The notes beneath the pieces were generated by a model. It did not search any database. It saw only the letters and a list, made by a program, of their open reading frames with translations, and had not been told where the DNA came from. A program made the translations under genes and the position numbers. This document shows, piece by piece, positions 1 through 10,240 of a DNA stretch of 64,000 bases (positions are counted from its first letter, which is position 1; every line of letters begins with the position of its first letter). The stretch is from Candidatus Omnitrophota bacterium. GTDB taxonomy: Bacteria > Omnitrophota > Gorgyraeia > JAGLLT01. The stretch is taken from positions 142,289 through 206,288 of the forward strand of contig DAOVJY010000001.1 of the NCBI GenBank assembly GCA_030632085.1, read 5' to 3'.

Positions 1-425
1 TTAAGCCACAACGGCCTGTCAATTTCAGAGCCGGCACCAACAAACTCAACAAACATGGTTAATCTTTCGCATGTTTGAGGGCTAAGAACGTGCTCCATTT
101 TACAAGCGTCGCCCGCGGCTACTTGCGGATCAATCTTTAAAATACTGGATAAAAATTTAGTCAACATCTTATGCCTTTTAAGCACATCATGAGCTATCCG
201 TTTGCCGTTTTCAGTAAGCTCCGCGTAACCGTAACGTTCGTGTTCAACAAGGCCCTTATTGGCCAAAACGTTAAGAGCACTGGTAACACTTGGAGTTTTT
301 ACCTTCATTAAACGGCTTATATCTTTAACCCTGGCAACCCCTTTATCCATCTCTATAAGGGCGATAGCCTCCAGATAATCTTCCATATTAGAACTTAATT
401 TTTCTCTATCACTTTCAATACGCAT
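1..425 (-). CDS. DtxR/MntR-family metal-dependent transcriptional repressor; the C-terminus runs off the window edge
   Basis: Manual translation from an ATG at 425-423 gives MRIESDREKLSSNMEDYLEAIALIEMDKGVARVKDISRLMKVKTPSVTSALNVLANKGLVEHERYGYAELTENGKRIAHDVLKRHKMLTKFL, the typical DtxR winged-helix N-terminal domain. It is not in the ORF track because no stop lies in the window. Confidence 0.7.
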   Translation of the reverse strand, partial: MRIESDREKLSSNMEDYLEAIALIEMDKGVARVKDISRLMKVKTPSVTSALNVLANKGLVEHERYGYAELTENGKRIAHDVLKRHKMLTKFLSSILKIDPQVAAGDACKMEHVLSPQTCERLTMFVEFVGAGSEIDRPLWL

Positions 426-666
426 GAGCCGTATTAATTCCTTCTTTTTGTATAAGTATTAAATTTCGCTTCATACCATTAACCTTTTTATTTGATTTAC
501 AAAACTATATTAGTTACTTCTAACATTCAAAACAAAAAAATATATCCCTTTATTAGATAAACCTTTATTTGTTAGACAAGTTTAACAAATACAAATTATT
601 TTGTCAAGGGGGTTTTTAGATATACTAAAACACGCTATTCTCGCAAACTTATACGTACCCTAAGCC

Positions 667-3216
667 TTAATCTACTAATATAAAACTATCCTTCAGCCTT
701 ATGTCCCTTGATGAGGAGCCTATTAATACTTCAAACTCTCCGGGTTCCGCTACCCATTTCTTTTTTGCTTCATCATAAAAAGATAAAGATGATTTATCAA
801 CTTTTAATCTTACGGTTTTCTTCTCACCCGGCTTAAGGTTTATCTTTTTAAACGCCTTGAGTTCTTTCGGAGGCCTTTCAAGAGAGGCTTGTTTGTCATT
901 AATATAAAGCTGAACTACCTCTTTTCCTTCACGATCACTTATATTCTTAATGTCAACCTGAACAGTGACTTCTCCGTCTTTAGTTTCTTTAGGACTTATA
1001 ACCAAATTTGAATACTCAAATTCCGAGTAAGAAAGCCCGTGGCCGAAAGGAAATTGAGGTTCAATATTATTTTCGTCATAATGCCTGTAACCTACAAATA
1101 TACCTTCTCTATAATAGACTTTGCCATTGCTGCCGGGATAATTTCCATAAGAAGGATTGTCCCGCAACTTTTTGGGCAAAGTCACAGATAGCTTTCCGGA
1201 GGGATTAACATCACCGAAAAGGATATTTGCTATCGCGTTGCCGCCTTCCATGCCAGGATACCAGGCTTCAATCGCGGCGGGAACGTTATTTATCCATTTT
1301 TGCATCTCAACGGGGGTTCCATTTATTAAAACTACAACTGTATTTTTATTAACAGCGCTTACAACGTCTATAAGTTCATCCTGCCCTTCGGGAAGCTTCA
1401 TATTTCTTCTATCAACACCTTCGCCTTCTATTAAGTTATTAAGCCCGGCAAATATAATGGCAACATCAGCTTTTCTTGCCGCTGCAACCGCCTTTTGCTG
1501 CATATCCTTACCCGGTGGCACCCATCCAAATTTCATTACCGCTCCGCCGGCGTTTTCGTAATATTCAATACGTATATCGTACTTCTTTCCTTCGATAAGT
1601 TCCAATACGCCTTTCTTCGCTTCCGGGCCGTGATCACCCCAGTTACGAACAACAAGCTTATCATCAATATACAAACGGCTTCCGTCATCACTCAGTAAAC
1701 TTAAATCATAACTCCCCGTTTTCGGAGGAATAAGTTTTCCGGTCCAGCGAACAGAAAAACTATCATTCTTTATGCTTTTAGCCGGAGAATTTCCCACCCA
1801 ATCAAAATTAATTATTTTATCTATTCTTGTAAGTACGGGGTTCCCCTTGCAATCTTTATTATTAAAGTATTCGCCTTTTAAACCAAACTCTTCAGAATTT
1901 TCCGACGGCCTAAACGCTGAGGAAGGTATTTCATTTACCTCATTCGGCATATTGCAGCCCTTCGCGTAATTGATTGTTATCGCGTTGCCGCATTTATTTT
2001 TTAATCCTTCAAGAGGGCTTATAGAATATGGAGGGCCTACTTGTGAGCTTCCTCCGCCACCATGGCGCGCCTGCGAAACATTGGGGCCAATTACGGCTAT
2101 TGACTTAATTTTTCCGAGGTTTAACGGCAAAACATTGTTTTCGTTTTTTAATAAAACCATACCGCTCTCGGCAACTTCTCTTGCTAAATCCTGATGTTCT
2201 TTAGAATTAACCGAGCCCTTAAACTTCTTATTTACGTCATCAAATAATCCAAGCTTGTATTTTACACGCAAAATCCTTCTCACTTTATCATCTATAACCG
2301 ATTCTTTTATCCGATCGCTTCTTACATCAGACAGAATCTTTACCTTTGTAAAAAAGTGGCCCGGGCCCGGCATTTCCATATCACAGCCGTCGTTTGCCGC
2401 TTTTATTCTATTTTTTATGCCCCACCAGTCAGAAACGACAAAACCTTCAAAGCCCCAATCGTCTTTAAGTATGTCTATAAGTATATGAGAGTTCTCACAA
2501 CAGTAGGAACCATTTATCATGTTATACGCGCCCATGACAGTATAGGTATCCGCTTCCTGTACAGCCGCCTTAAAACCGGGAAGATATATTTCCCTTAAAG
2601 CTCTTTCGCTTATTTCAACGCTTATATTTGCTCTTTCCCATTCCTGGTTATTAGCGGCAAAATGCTTTGTAGAAGTTGCTATATTTTCACTTTGAACACC
2701 TTTGACATAACCAACCGCCAATTTTCCTATAAGATAAGGGTCTTCTCCGAAACTTTCAAAATTCCGCCCGCCAAGCGGAGTCCTGTGTATGTTAATACAA
2801 GGGCCTAAAACTAAATTTCTTCCTTTAGCCCGTGTTTCTTCTGCCAGAGCGACACCAAACCTTTTCGATAAATCTTCGTCCCAGGTGCAGCCCAGCATAA
2901 CAAGCGTAGGAAAACATGTTGCTTTACCGTACATATCTCTTATGCCATGAGGCCCGTCAGTCATTAATAATGGTGGAATTCCAAGGCGCCTATTTGTTTT
3001 TCCATCCATAAAATCTTTACCGCAAATTTCATCTATTTTTTCTTCAAGGGTCATTCTGCCTAGAAGGTCATCAATTCTATCTTCAAGTTGCACACGTGAA
3101 TTCTTATAAGGAAAATCTTCCGCGCAAAAAACCAAATTATTACCAACCATTACCGTCATCAGGATGGCAAATGCAAAAATAACCAACGTTTTCTTATAAT
3201 GCTTTAGCGTACTCAT
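667..3216 (-). CDS. Glycoside hydrolase family 3 beta-glucosidase with inserted PA14 domain, secreted
   Basis: 849 aa with an N-terminal signal/TM segment and GH3 N- and C-terminal domain motifs. A PA14-like insert is present ([11 protein letters not shown]...[10 protein letters not shown]...[20 protein letters not shown]). Confidence 0.85.
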   Translation of the reverse strand: MSTLKHYKKTLVIFAFAILMTVMVGNNLVFCAEDFPYKNSRVQLEDRIDDLLGRMTLEEKIDEICGKDFMDGKTNRRLGIPPLLMTDGPHGIRDMYGKATCFPTLVMLGCTWDEDLSKRFGVALAEETRAKGRNLVLGPCINIHRTPLGGRNFESFGEDPYLIGKLAVGYVKGVQSENIATSTKHFAANNQEWERANISVEISERALREIYLPGFKAAVQEADTYTVMGAYNMINGSYCCENSHILIDILKDDWGFEGFVVSDWWGIKNRIKAANDGCDMEMPGPGHFFTKVKILSDVRSDRIKESVIDDKVRRILRVKYKLGLFDDVNKKFKGSVNSKEHQDLAREVAESGMVLLKNENNVLPLNLGKIKSIAVIGPNVSQARHGGGGSSQVGPPYSISPLEGLKNKCGNAITINYAKGCNMPNEVNEIPSSAFRPSENSEEFGLKGEYFNNKDCKGNPVLTRIDKIINFDWVGNSPAKSIKNDSFSVRWTGKLIPPKTGSYDLSLLSDDGSRLYIDDKLVVRNWGDHGPEAKKGVLELIEGKKYDIRIEYYENAGGAVMKFGWVPPGKDMQQKAVAAARKADVAIIFAGLNNLIEGEGVDRRNMKLPEGQDELIDVVSAVNKNTVVVLINGTPVEMQKWINNVPAAIEAWYPGMEGGNAIANILFGDVNPSGKLSVTLPKKLRDNPSYGNYPGSNGKVYYREGIFVGYRHYDENNIEPQFPFGHGLSYSEFEYSNLVISPKETKDGEVTVQVDIKNISDREGKEVVQLYINDKQASLERPPKELKAFKKINLKPGEKKTVRLKVDKSSLSFYDEAKKKWVAEPGEFEVLIGSSSRDIRLKDSFILVD

Positions 3217-3294
3217 GTTCTCCCTTTTCTTTGTATAAAGTTAATTTAAAAACTTAAATACAAACCTCAAAACAAAACATCAAATATTAAGTTA

Positions 3295-4884
3295 TTACCT
3301 TTTGGGTTTCTTGGCATGGCTGATTAGAGGTTTTTGGCCTTTTTCTTTAAAACTAATAACGATTTTTTCCGCGACATTGAAGGGAACGGTTATAAAAGAA
3401 AATTTATCCATTACCTGTACGTCGCTGATGAGTTTGGCCTTAACCGGGACTTTACTCATAATAAGATCAACAAGTTTTTTAGCACTCATCTTATCTTTCT
3501 TGCCGAGTGCTACGAAAAGCCTCGCTTTACCCTGTTGATCAACTTGCTTCCCTTTTCCACTGACCTCTTTTATTTCGCCATAGGTATCAGGATTAAGTTC
3601 TTCTTCAAAACAATGACTTAATGTCGCGGCCACTATTTCTACCGGATCATTATTCCCAAGCATTTTTTTAGCCCAGTTATAAAAATTAACGTCAATCTTA
3701 CCCCTAAGAACGGCGTCTAAATCATCGTGAATTTTTTTCCTTTTGACATCAATAATATCTTTTACGTTTGGTACTTTTGCTTTCTTAATATCAGTCTTGG
3801 CGATACGCTGTATAAACATCAACTGCTTATATTCACTTGGCGTAATAAATGTAATAGCGGTGCCCTCATTGCCCGCCCTTCCTGTACGGCCTACTCTATG
3901 AACATAGTACTCCGGATCCTGAGGCAATGAAAAGTTGATAACGTGGGTGAGATTAATAACATCTATTCCTCGAGCGGCAACATCTGTGGCTATAAGAATA
4001 CGAACTCTTTGTTTCCTGAATTTATCAAGAGTTCTTTCCCTTTGCGACTGGGAAATATCCCCATGAATAGCAGCCGCGTCATATCCTCTATCTATTAAGC
4101 GAGATGAAACAGAATCAACATTACTTTTTGTTCTGCAAAAAACTAAAGCGTAAAAATCGTCTTCAATATCTATTATTCTGCATAACGCCTCGAATTTATC
4201 GGAGGCTTTTACCTCAAAGTATATTTGCTCGGTTAAGTTAGTTGTCAGCTGCTCCGCCTTAACCGCAATAAACTCATAACCTTCCATGTATTTGTGGGCA
4301 AGGTCCTTTATCCTCTTGGGCATTGTAGCTGAAAACAAAAGCGTTCTTTTGTCGGGGTTTGTATACCTCATTATTTTTTCCATATCCTCAACAAATCCCA
4401 TATTAAGCATTTCATCCGCCTCATCAAGTATGAGGTGATCTATTTCTCCAAGCTTTAGTGTTTTTCTTTTAAGATGATCAATTACCCTACCCGGAGTTCC
4501 AACGACAATATGCACACCTTTTTTTAATCTGCGCAACTGCTGATCAATTGACTGGCCGCCATATATGGGAACTATTCTGATATCCTTGCTGCCTTTAAGT
4601 GAATTGATTTCTTCCGAGACCTGAATAGCCAACTCCCGCGTAGGAACCAGAATTAGCGCCTGAACCGCTCTGGTGTCGGCGTCAATCATTTCGATTAAAG
4701 GTAATCCGAAGGCGGCTGTTTTGCCTGTGCCTGTTTGGGCCTGAGCAATGATATTAGTATCATCTCTTAACATAACAGGGATAGTCATAGCCTGAATTTC
4801 AGTTGGCTCTTCAAAACCCTTTTTGTTAATCGCCTCCAGCACTTTTGCTGAAAGTCCTAAATCGCTAAATTTCTTCTTATTCAT
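3295..4884 (-). CDS. DEAD-box ATP-dependent RNA helicase with C-terminal DbpA-type RNA-binding domain
   Basis: AQTGTGKT (motif I), DEAD, SAT and HRVGRTGRAG motifs are present, with a DbpA-like C-terminus. The likely start is MNKKKFSDLGL at 4884 rather than the ORF-track start at 4950. Confidence 0.85.
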   Translation of the reverse strand: MNKKKFSDLGLSAKVLEAINKKGFEEPTEIQAMTIPVMLRDDTNIIAQAQTGTGKTAAFGLPLIEMIDADTRAVQALILVPTRELAIQVSEEINSLKGSKDIRIVPIYGGQSIDQQLRRLKKGVHIVVGTPGRVIDHLKRKTLKLGEIDHLILDEADEMLNMGFVEDMEKIMRYTNPDKRTLLFSATMPKRIKDLAHKYMEGYEFIAVKAEQLTTNLTEQIYFEVKASDKFEALCRIIDIEDDFYALVFCRTKSNVDSVSSRLIDRGYDAAAIHGDISQSQRERTLDKFRKQRVRILIATDVAARGIDVINLTHVINFSLPQDPEYYVHRVGRTGRAGNEGTAITFITPSEYKQLMFIQRIAKTDIKKAKVPNVKDIIDVKRKKIHDDLDAVLRGKIDVNFYNWAKKMLGNNDPVEIVAATLSHCFEEELNPDTYGEIKEVSGKGKQVDQQGKARLFVALGKKDKMSAKKLVDLIMSKVPVKAKLISDVQVMDKFSFITVPFNVAEKIVISFKEKGQKPLISHAKKPKR

Positions 4885-5123
4885 CAAAATATCTTTCTTT
4901 TCTATTAATATAATTTTATTATTTACACTATTATATTTATCATACCCCATTATCTGCTAAAAAGATATATAAATATCTCTTAAGCATAATAAGACCTGAA
5001 TTGAGTTATAGGGAATGTGTCTCTAGAGAACGCCCACCAGGGTTTTTCTAACACCAAACAAAAGTACAATTATTCCCATTTTGTTTGAGTTAGATAAAGT
5101 GATTTATTATATCCTTGAAAATT

Positions 5124-5837
5124 TTACCACATCCTGCGGACTCTTGCTTTTTCTCGGTCAATTTTCTTACCAACCAGCCGTTCCCACAACTTGATGCCGG
5201 CTAATTTTTCAACAAGCTTAGTTGAAACTAAAAAAGTATCAAGCGACTGCTTGGATTCATCGTTCGGCATTACAAAAGACCACATACGCAAAACCCCCTT
5301 GTTGTTCTCAGCTAAAACAGATTTAAAATACGCGTGCGGTATTGGTATGGTTACTTCATTCGGATCATTAGCGCCTATACCTTCGACCGACCGATCGAAA
5401 TAAAAAATAGGCCCGCAAATAACATACGTTTCTAATGTTTTGGGCTTCGCGTCTAAATTTCTAACTTCAGCTTCCAACTCTCTCCAGACGTTTCTATTAA
5501 ATTGAGGCCTCTGAGGAGACATATTGGACAAAAGGAATGTTTCGCTATTCTGCAACTCTGTTTCTCTCTGATTAGCACTCGCGACAAGATGCCCGCGATC
5601 ATACCCGGACTTTGCATAATCAACAAGGTCGGCCCGAAACATCTCCGGAATTCGATAATCCGGACGAAAATTATCTGAACGATCTAAACCAAGATTATCA
5701 GGATCTACAATTTCTAAAGCCCACTTTGCCTGACGAAAATAATATGAATAGCCCAGCACATAATGCCTATTAAACATTATCTGGTCTGCTACCGGCATTC
5801 CGTATATAGTTTCGCGTCTTAAACTAGGTAAACTCAT
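5124..5837 (-). CDS. DNA/RNA non-specific endonuclease (Serratia NucA/EndoG family), no signal peptide
   Basis: DRGHLVASANQ active-site motif (DRGH) and the NUC-family fold signature are present. The N-terminus is not hydrophobic. Confidence 0.7.
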   Translation of the reverse strand: MSLPSLRRETIYGMPVADQIMFNRHYVLGYSYYFRQAKWALEIVDPDNLGLDRSDNFRPDYRIPEMFRADLVDYAKSGYDRGHLVASANQRETELQNSETFLLSNMSPQRPQFNRNVWRELEAEVRNLDAKPKTLETYVICGPIFYFDRSVEGIGANDPNEVTIPIPHAYFKSVLAENNKGVLRMWSFVMPNDESKQSLDTFLVSTKLVEKLAGIKLWERLVGKKIDREKARVRRMW

Positions 5838-5968
5838 TTATACCCCCCTTTAAAGTTTTTATATCATCAAGAATTAATATATGAATTCCCTCTTTTTGAG
5901 GCCTTTTAATATCATACACACATATTATACATAAATTATATTAGACTTTCAAGGTGAGATGCTTCATT

Positions 5969-6610
5969 TTACCTCTTAAGGACCGTAACCCAAAGAAATG
6001 TTTCATTACCTATATCTCTATACTTAAATGATTCTATTACAAAACCAATATCAGTCAATTCATTCTCTAACTCATCGGGTGTTCTATGACTATAATATAA
6101 CTTCTCACCCATAAACTCCGTATAGCCGCTAAAAGTATCATGATGGGTATATTCTTTAGTCGCATATGTAAAAAGTAAACTTCCCTTACCCTTAAGCCAT
6201 TTAAAGAATTTTTTAAGTATGTTCTTTTGATCATCAGGTGATAAATGAAATAAACTATATATAGCGGTAATGGCTTCAAAAGAATTATCTTCAAAATCAA
6301 CTTCCTGCATTGGAGCGCAAATTCTCTTCATTTGAGGTACATAGTCTTTAGCTAAGTTGAGCATCTTATCGGATAAGTCAACACCGGTAACCTGCCAACC
6401 CTTTTTAATAAACCAGTCCGCGAAAGGTTCCCCCGCTCCGCAGCCGGCATCAAGTAAACTACCCTTTTTAATCTCTAAAGACTCATAAAAATCATTTAGG
6501 ACACCTGTCATATCGAAGGCATCTCTATTTTTATCATATGTTGCCGCCATATGATTATAAGCCTTAACTAAACTGTTATTTATTTCTTTATTATTTATCA
6601 TTATTAACAA
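5969..6610 (-). CDS. Class I SAM-dependent methyltransferase
   Basis: Motif I LLDAGCGAGEP and the downstream methyltransferase fold motifs are present. Confidence 0.7.
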   Translation of the reverse strand: MLIMINNKEINNSLVKAYNHMAATYDKNRDAFDMTGVLNDFYESLEIKKGSLLDAGCGAGEPFADWFIKKGWQVTGVDLSDKMLNLAKDYVPQMKRICAPMQEVDFEDNSFEAITAIYSLFHLSPDDQKNILKKFFKWLKGKGSLLFTYATKEYTHHDTFSGYTEFMGEKLYYSHRTPDELENELTDIGFVIESFKYRDIGNETFLWVTVLKR

Positions 6611-6788
6611 AACTCCCGTCAGGCATCACATTATCACTTTGCGCAACACCCTTTTCCTCCGCCTGATAGCGCTTGCAGTTTATCCAGTTATTAGCAGACT
6701 CACAATACTCCCTGCTCCAACTGTAATCAATTAAACCCGCTTTTTCTAATTTTCTTAAAGGACAGATACTGTTCCATTTGCAAGGCAT
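6591..6788 (-). CDS. Small Cys-containing hypothetical protein (65 aa)
   Basis: The ORF overlaps the methyltransferase start by 20 nt. It has four Cys residues and no recognisable family. Confidence 0.3.
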   Translation of the reverse strand: MPCKWNSICPLRKLEKAGLIDYSWSREYCESANNWINCKRYQAEEKGVAQSDNVMPDGSFVNNDK

Positions 6789-6794
6789 GATTTT

Positions 6795-7274
6795 TTAGCT
6801 AAACTGTTGTTTTACCTTCGGCCGGGTAAAGAAATAGACTAAACAAATAGCGAAGCAAAATTCAATAACATAACTAAAAATAAGAAAAAACCACATAACA
6901 GCTGAAACACCTTTTAGAGAAATATCCGGCGTTTCAATTGCAAGAAGAGCGGCTTGCTGCTCAACGAAACCCGGAAGGTTCCGATAAATTATTAACGGCC
7001 CTTCTATTAAATAAGAAAAAAATGTAAAGAAAGTGGTAAATATAATTATTTTCCTGAAATAATCTTTAAGAAATAATATGCCGACACCGGAAATAAGCGC
7101 TAAACTTATAACAAAAACCGTTATAAAATAACGTATCTGTATAAATATTTCCGGCAGGGGCTGAAAAAGAAAATTCCAGCCTTCTACATTTGACATACCC
7201 ATTAAACTATAGAATGCCCCAACTATCAGTAAAACTGAAAATACTGTAATTCCTGTAGATCTTTTAGTTGCCAT
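6795..7274 (-). CDS. Hypothetical integral membrane protein
   Basis: 159 aa with four hydrophobic helices. Confidence 0.45.
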   Translation of the reverse strand: MATKRSTGITVFSVLLIVGAFYSLMGMSNVEGWNFLFQPLPEIFIQIRYFITVFVISLALISGVGILFLKDYFRKIIIFTTFFTFFSYLIEGPLIIYRNLPGFVEQQAALLAIETPDISLKGVSAVMWFFLIFSYVIEFCFAICLVYFFTRPKVKQQFS

Positions 7275-7312
7275 AAGATACTCCCTTAGTTAATATACCC
7301 AAATGAGATAGT

Positions 7313-7726
7313 CTATGCTTTCGCGAATATCTTCTTAACAAACTCTCTATTTAAAACCGTGATGCTGAATATGCCGAGGATAGTCCCAAAGGGAATCATG
7401 AGGCAACTAATAACTGAAACTGCTAAACAAAATCCCCGATGATTTTTCTTTTTAAGAAAAGTACCCGTCAGTATCTGAAGTATTCCCAATGTTAAACCCA
7501 GGACAATAATAACACTGGCAATAATTACCATAAACCAACCAACAATCTCCGGGCTTGACTCTGAAGCGCTTTCGGCGGTTGGAGCCAATTTAATCATAGC
7601 TATACCCATAATCAAATGCAAAATGGGAAACAATCCATAAAAACAGGTAATGCCTCCCATGATATAGTAGAATATTGATAGTAATCTTAAGTGTTCGTTG
7701 TCAATTATTACTTGTTTATCTTCCAT
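7313..7726 (-). CDS. Hypothetical integral membrane protein
   Basis: 137 aa with three to four hydrophobic helices. Confidence 0.45.
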   Translation of the reverse strand: MEDKQVIIDNEHLRLLSIFYYIMGGITCFYGLFPILHLIMGIAMIKLAPTAESASESSPEIVGWFMVIIASVIIVLGLTLGILQILTGTFLKKKNHRGFCLAVSVISCLMIPFGTILGIFSITVLNREFVKKIFAKA

Positions 7727-7763
7727 GAACCTGCCTCCGCCTTTCCTTATAAATATGAAATTT

Positions 7764-7782
7764 AAAGGTGTCTGTCCCCTTT
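7764..7782 (+). repeat. Family-A hairpin AAAGGTGTCTGTCCCCTTT, 2 nt downstream of the RRM gene stop
   Basis: Same form at 8485-8503, 9261-9279, 10211-10229, 22043-22061, 22722-22740 and 24947-24965. Perfect-stem variant AAAGGGGTCTGTCCCCTT at 11758-11777 and 13171-13188. Divergent variants at 25388-25410 and 23566-23600. Confidence 0.9.
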
Positions 7783-7784
7783 AA

Positions 7785-8201
7785 TTAGCTGCGGCCTTTA
7801 CCTTCTCCTCCGCGGCTACCGCCGCCTCGTCCCCCGTGACCACCGCGACTATTGGTGTATCCGCCGCCGTATCCGCCGCCGCCGCCACCGTGTCCACCGC
7901 GGCTGCTGCCGCCATATCCACCGCTGCTACTATATCCGCTCCTACTGCCGCCGCGATCTTCGCGAGGGCGAGCTTCGTTCACCTTAAGCTCTCTTCCTTT
8001 TAACTCTTTGCCATTTAGGCCATCGATTGCCGCCTGGCCTTCTTCATTAGAGGGCATCTCCACAAAACCAAATCCTTTTGATTGACCATTATACTTGTCT
8101 TTAATGATGCTGACCGATTCAACCTCTCCGAATTCCGCTACAGCCTGCCGTAAGTCATCTTCAGTGACCTCATACGACAAATTTCCTACATAAATCTTCA
8201 T
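7785..8201 (-). CDS. RRM-domain RNA-binding protein with Gly-rich (RGG/GGYGG) tail
   Basis: IYVGNLSY (RNP2) and KGFGFVEM (RNP1) motifs are followed by a glycine/arginine-rich tail. This resembles cyanobacterial Rbp and cold-shock glycine-rich proteins. Confidence 0.85.
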   Translation of the reverse strand: MKIYVGNLSYEVTEDDLRQAVAEFGEVESVSIIKDKYNGQSKGFGFVEMPSNEEGQAAIDGLNGKELKGRELKVNEARPREDRGGSRSGYSSSGGYGGSSRGGHGGGGGGYGGGYTNSRGGHGGRGGGSRGGEGKGRS

Positions 8202-8296
8202 CTTACTCTCCTTTTGTAATAAATTATAGATTATTACACTACCTAGCGCTTAATCTACAATTTTCTTTCTTTAAGGAACTTTTATATTACACATAG

Positions 8297-8325
8297 ATTA
8301 TACATAAAACACATTAAATAATCAA
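8297..8325 (-). promoter_or_regulatory. Promoter TTGATT-17-TATAAT for the RRM gene 7785..8201
   Basis: Reverse complement reads caagcTTGATTatttaatgtgttttatgTATAAT, followed by an AAAGTTCCTTAAAG leader. Confidence 0.65.
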
Positions 8326-8484
8326 GCTTGGACACTTGGTTCTATGTCTTCCGCCTCGAAGATGATACAACCGATATTCTACCACTTCCGAGGTAATATA
8401 TACACGGTTTATTAAGATAATTGAAGTGAGTCAGAAAATTAGCATGCGACCAAAGGGAGTGCTAAGCAAAGTGAATATAAAATT

Positions 8485-8503
8485 AAAGGTGTCTGTCCCC
8501 TTT
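8485..8503 (+). repeat. Family-A hairpin copy
   Basis: 13 nt from the stop of gene 8517..9035. Confidence 0.9.
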
Positions 8504-8516
8504 AAAAATTAGAACT

Positions 8517-9035
8517 TTATTCCTTACTCACTCCAGTAATTTTAAGTTTAAGTAAATATTGCCTAATGTTTGCCGTTATATCAGGAATAACTATATCTGT
8601 ATATAGGATGTTATCTTGATATGATTCACTAATGATAACTTGATATTGCTTTCCAAACAACTTTTCGATTAGTACAATTAGCTCTCCTTTAACCAAATTT
8701 TCTATTTTTTTTTGCTCATCCATATTGCTGGAAGAAAAGGTTTCAGTAAAATCCATGGGATTAAATTCACCCGTTTCTTGCATCTCTAATGCTTTGCGCA
8801 TCATAGAGTCCTCTAATTCTTTATAGGTTTGATAGCTGTCTTTAAGCTCCTTGTTTTCCGGTTTAGAAAAAACCAGTTCTAATAATAAAGGTTCAACTTC
8901 TCTAAATTGTATTTTAGCAACACTGATTGAGGTTTTTTCGGCAAAACAAAAATTTTGAACACAGAGGATTAATAAAATTACAAGTACAATTTTTTTACTC
9001 ATTTTTCTCCTTTTTTCATTTTCTTTATCTAACAA
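8517..9035 (-). CDS. Secreted hypothetical protein
   Basis: A signal peptide is present (MSKKIVLVILLILCVQNFCFA). There is no family match. The likely start is the internal Met. Confidence 0.45.
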   Translation of the reverse strand: MLDKENEKRRKMSKKIVLVILLILCVQNFCFAEKTSISVAKIQFREVEPLLLELVFSKPENKELKDSYQTYKELEDSMMRKALEMQETGEFNPMDFTETFSSSNMDEQKKIENLVKGELIVLIEKLFGKQYQVIISESYQDNILYTDIVIPDITANIRQYLLKLKITGVSKE

Positions 9036-9079
9036 TTAATATACGAACTTCATTTTTTAAGGAATCTTATATTGCATTT

Positions 9080-9109
9080 ATTATAACATAAAGCATACTA
9101 AATACTCAA
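9080..9109 (-). promoter_or_regulatory. Promoter TTGAGT-18-TATAAT plus conserved leader for gene 8517..9035
   Basis: The reverse-complement leader AGATTCCTTAAAAAATGAAGTTCGTATATTAATTGTTAGATAAAG aligns with the leader at 22160-22227. Confidence 0.65.
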
Positions 9110-9260
9110 GCTTAGTGCTTCTATGTCTTTCGCCGTAAAATTCATTTATTGTTCGAGGTTTCGCCTCGAACACTATAAGATTAAAGCACGCATTACCAAA
9201 AGAAGAGCATATTGTTACACCTACGAGGTGTAATATATTTAATATCATATTTGTCAAATA

Positions 9261-9279
9261 AAAGGTGTCTGTCCCCTTT
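9261..9279 (+). repeat. Family-A hairpin copy
   Basis: 36 nt from the relE-like stop. Confidence 0.9.
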
Positions 9280-9315
9280 TATCCATTGCTATAAGCTCTT
9301 GCTATCAATATTAAC

Positions 9316-9762
9316 CTAAGGATATTTATCTTTAATCCATTTTTGAATCTTGGGGTCATTCGGGTTATGTGAAACATAGCCCTTTTTAACGAATTTCTTA
9401 AACTCTTCATAGGGATCGTTTTTGCTGCCGGACTTACGTATATGGCCTTCATCATTCAAATATAAATAAATTATAATCAAAGGGTTGCTGGAAAAACAGA
9501 AAATAATGCGATAACGCTGTAATCCGCTCTTATAACGCCTGTATTTTTTCAGATCTCTCTTAAGGCGATATTCAGGAAGATTCGGATCTTGGGGGATGAT
9601 ATTTTGATCGGCATTGCGGATACGCGCGGCAAGTTTTACAATCTCATGCTGTTTATAATCTTTATTTGATAATTTTGCTTTTAAAGCTTTGACTTGCTCT
9701 TTTAAACCTGAAACGCGAAGATAATAGTGATGATGATATTTCAAAACATATTTATTCACCAT
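9316..9762 (-). CDS. RelE/ParE-superfamily toxin
   Basis: YRLKRDL...YRIIFCF...IIIYLYLNDEGHIRK matches the RelE/ParE YRIIY...IGHRK pattern. It overlaps the upstream antitoxin gene by 11 nt. Confidence 0.6.
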   Translation of the reverse strand: MVNKYVLKYHHHYYLRVSGLKEQVKALKAKLSNKDYKQHEIVKLAARIRNADQNIIPQDPNLPEYRLKRDLKKYRRYKSGLQRYRIIFCFSSNPLIIIYLYLNDEGHIRKSGSKNDPYEEFKKFVKKGYVSHNPNDPKIQKWIKDKYP

Positions 9763-10051
9763 CTACTTCAATACCCTCAAGAAGCTTGTCCCACTCCTTA
9801 TCCCAGACTTCTTTAACATTTCTTAACTTATCTGGATGCTTTAAGGCATCTTTTATCAAAGCCTCTACAAATGAATGAAAAAGAGGGTCAGCTTCAATAG
9901 TATCAAGATTATTTTGGGCGCGGATACTAATCTTGTCCTGCGCACTTTCTATAATCACTTCTTTAGTACCGGTGTGTCTCACAAAATCCATAGGTATATC
10001 TACGGCATAACTGCCGCCATGCTTAAACAATTTTTTAACTGCAGTTCTCAT
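9752..10051 (-). CDS. AbrB/MazE-fold antitoxin partner of the RelE-like toxin
   Basis: 99 aa with a GGSYAVDIPMDFV swapped-hairpin-like N-terminus. The antitoxin-first operon layout is preceded by a TTGACA-17-TATACT promoter on the minus strand (about 10090-10125). Confidence 0.5.
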   Translation of the reverse strand: MRTAVKKLFKHGGSYAVDIPMDFVRHTGTKEVIIESAQDKISIRAQNNLDTIEADPLFHSFVEALIKDALKHPDKLRNVKEVWDKEWDKLLEGIEVDGE

Positions 10052-10210
10052 TTCTCATCTCCTATATTATCATTTCTATAAGTATTACTTTGATCTATTG
10101 CATAAGTATATACTAATGTGTATATATTGTCAAGATAATAGCATATATTCACCATCTTTATCTGAGAGGATTCTTCTGGTAAGATTTGATAGAATTTTCA
10201 TTAATAATTA

Positions 10211-10229
10211 AAAGGTGTCTGTCCCCTTT
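10211..10229 (+). repeat. Family-A hairpin copy
   Basis: 11 nt from the PEP-CTERM gene stop. Confidence 0.9.
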
Positions 10230-10240
10230 TAATTAAAAAC

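Noticed and set aside
1008-2598. Plus-strand ORFs of 60-134 aa inside the GH3 gene
   Set aside because: They are antisense overlaps of a well-supported 849-aa CDS, with low-complexity translations and no independent signals. The same applies to plus-strand ORFs inside the helicase, opp, pgk, gap, fmt and other genes, and to minus-strand ORFs inside the TPR gene.
7852-8085. Pro-rich 77-aa plus-strand ORF
   Set aside because: It is the antisense reading of the Gly-rich (GGN-codon) tail of the RRM protein.
9151-9171. GTTCGAGG...CCTCGAAC as a tRNA T-arm or tRNA fragment
   Set aside because: No acceptor, D or anticodon arms could be assembled around it. The stem is 8 bp rather than 5 bp and copies co-vary as a simple hairpin.
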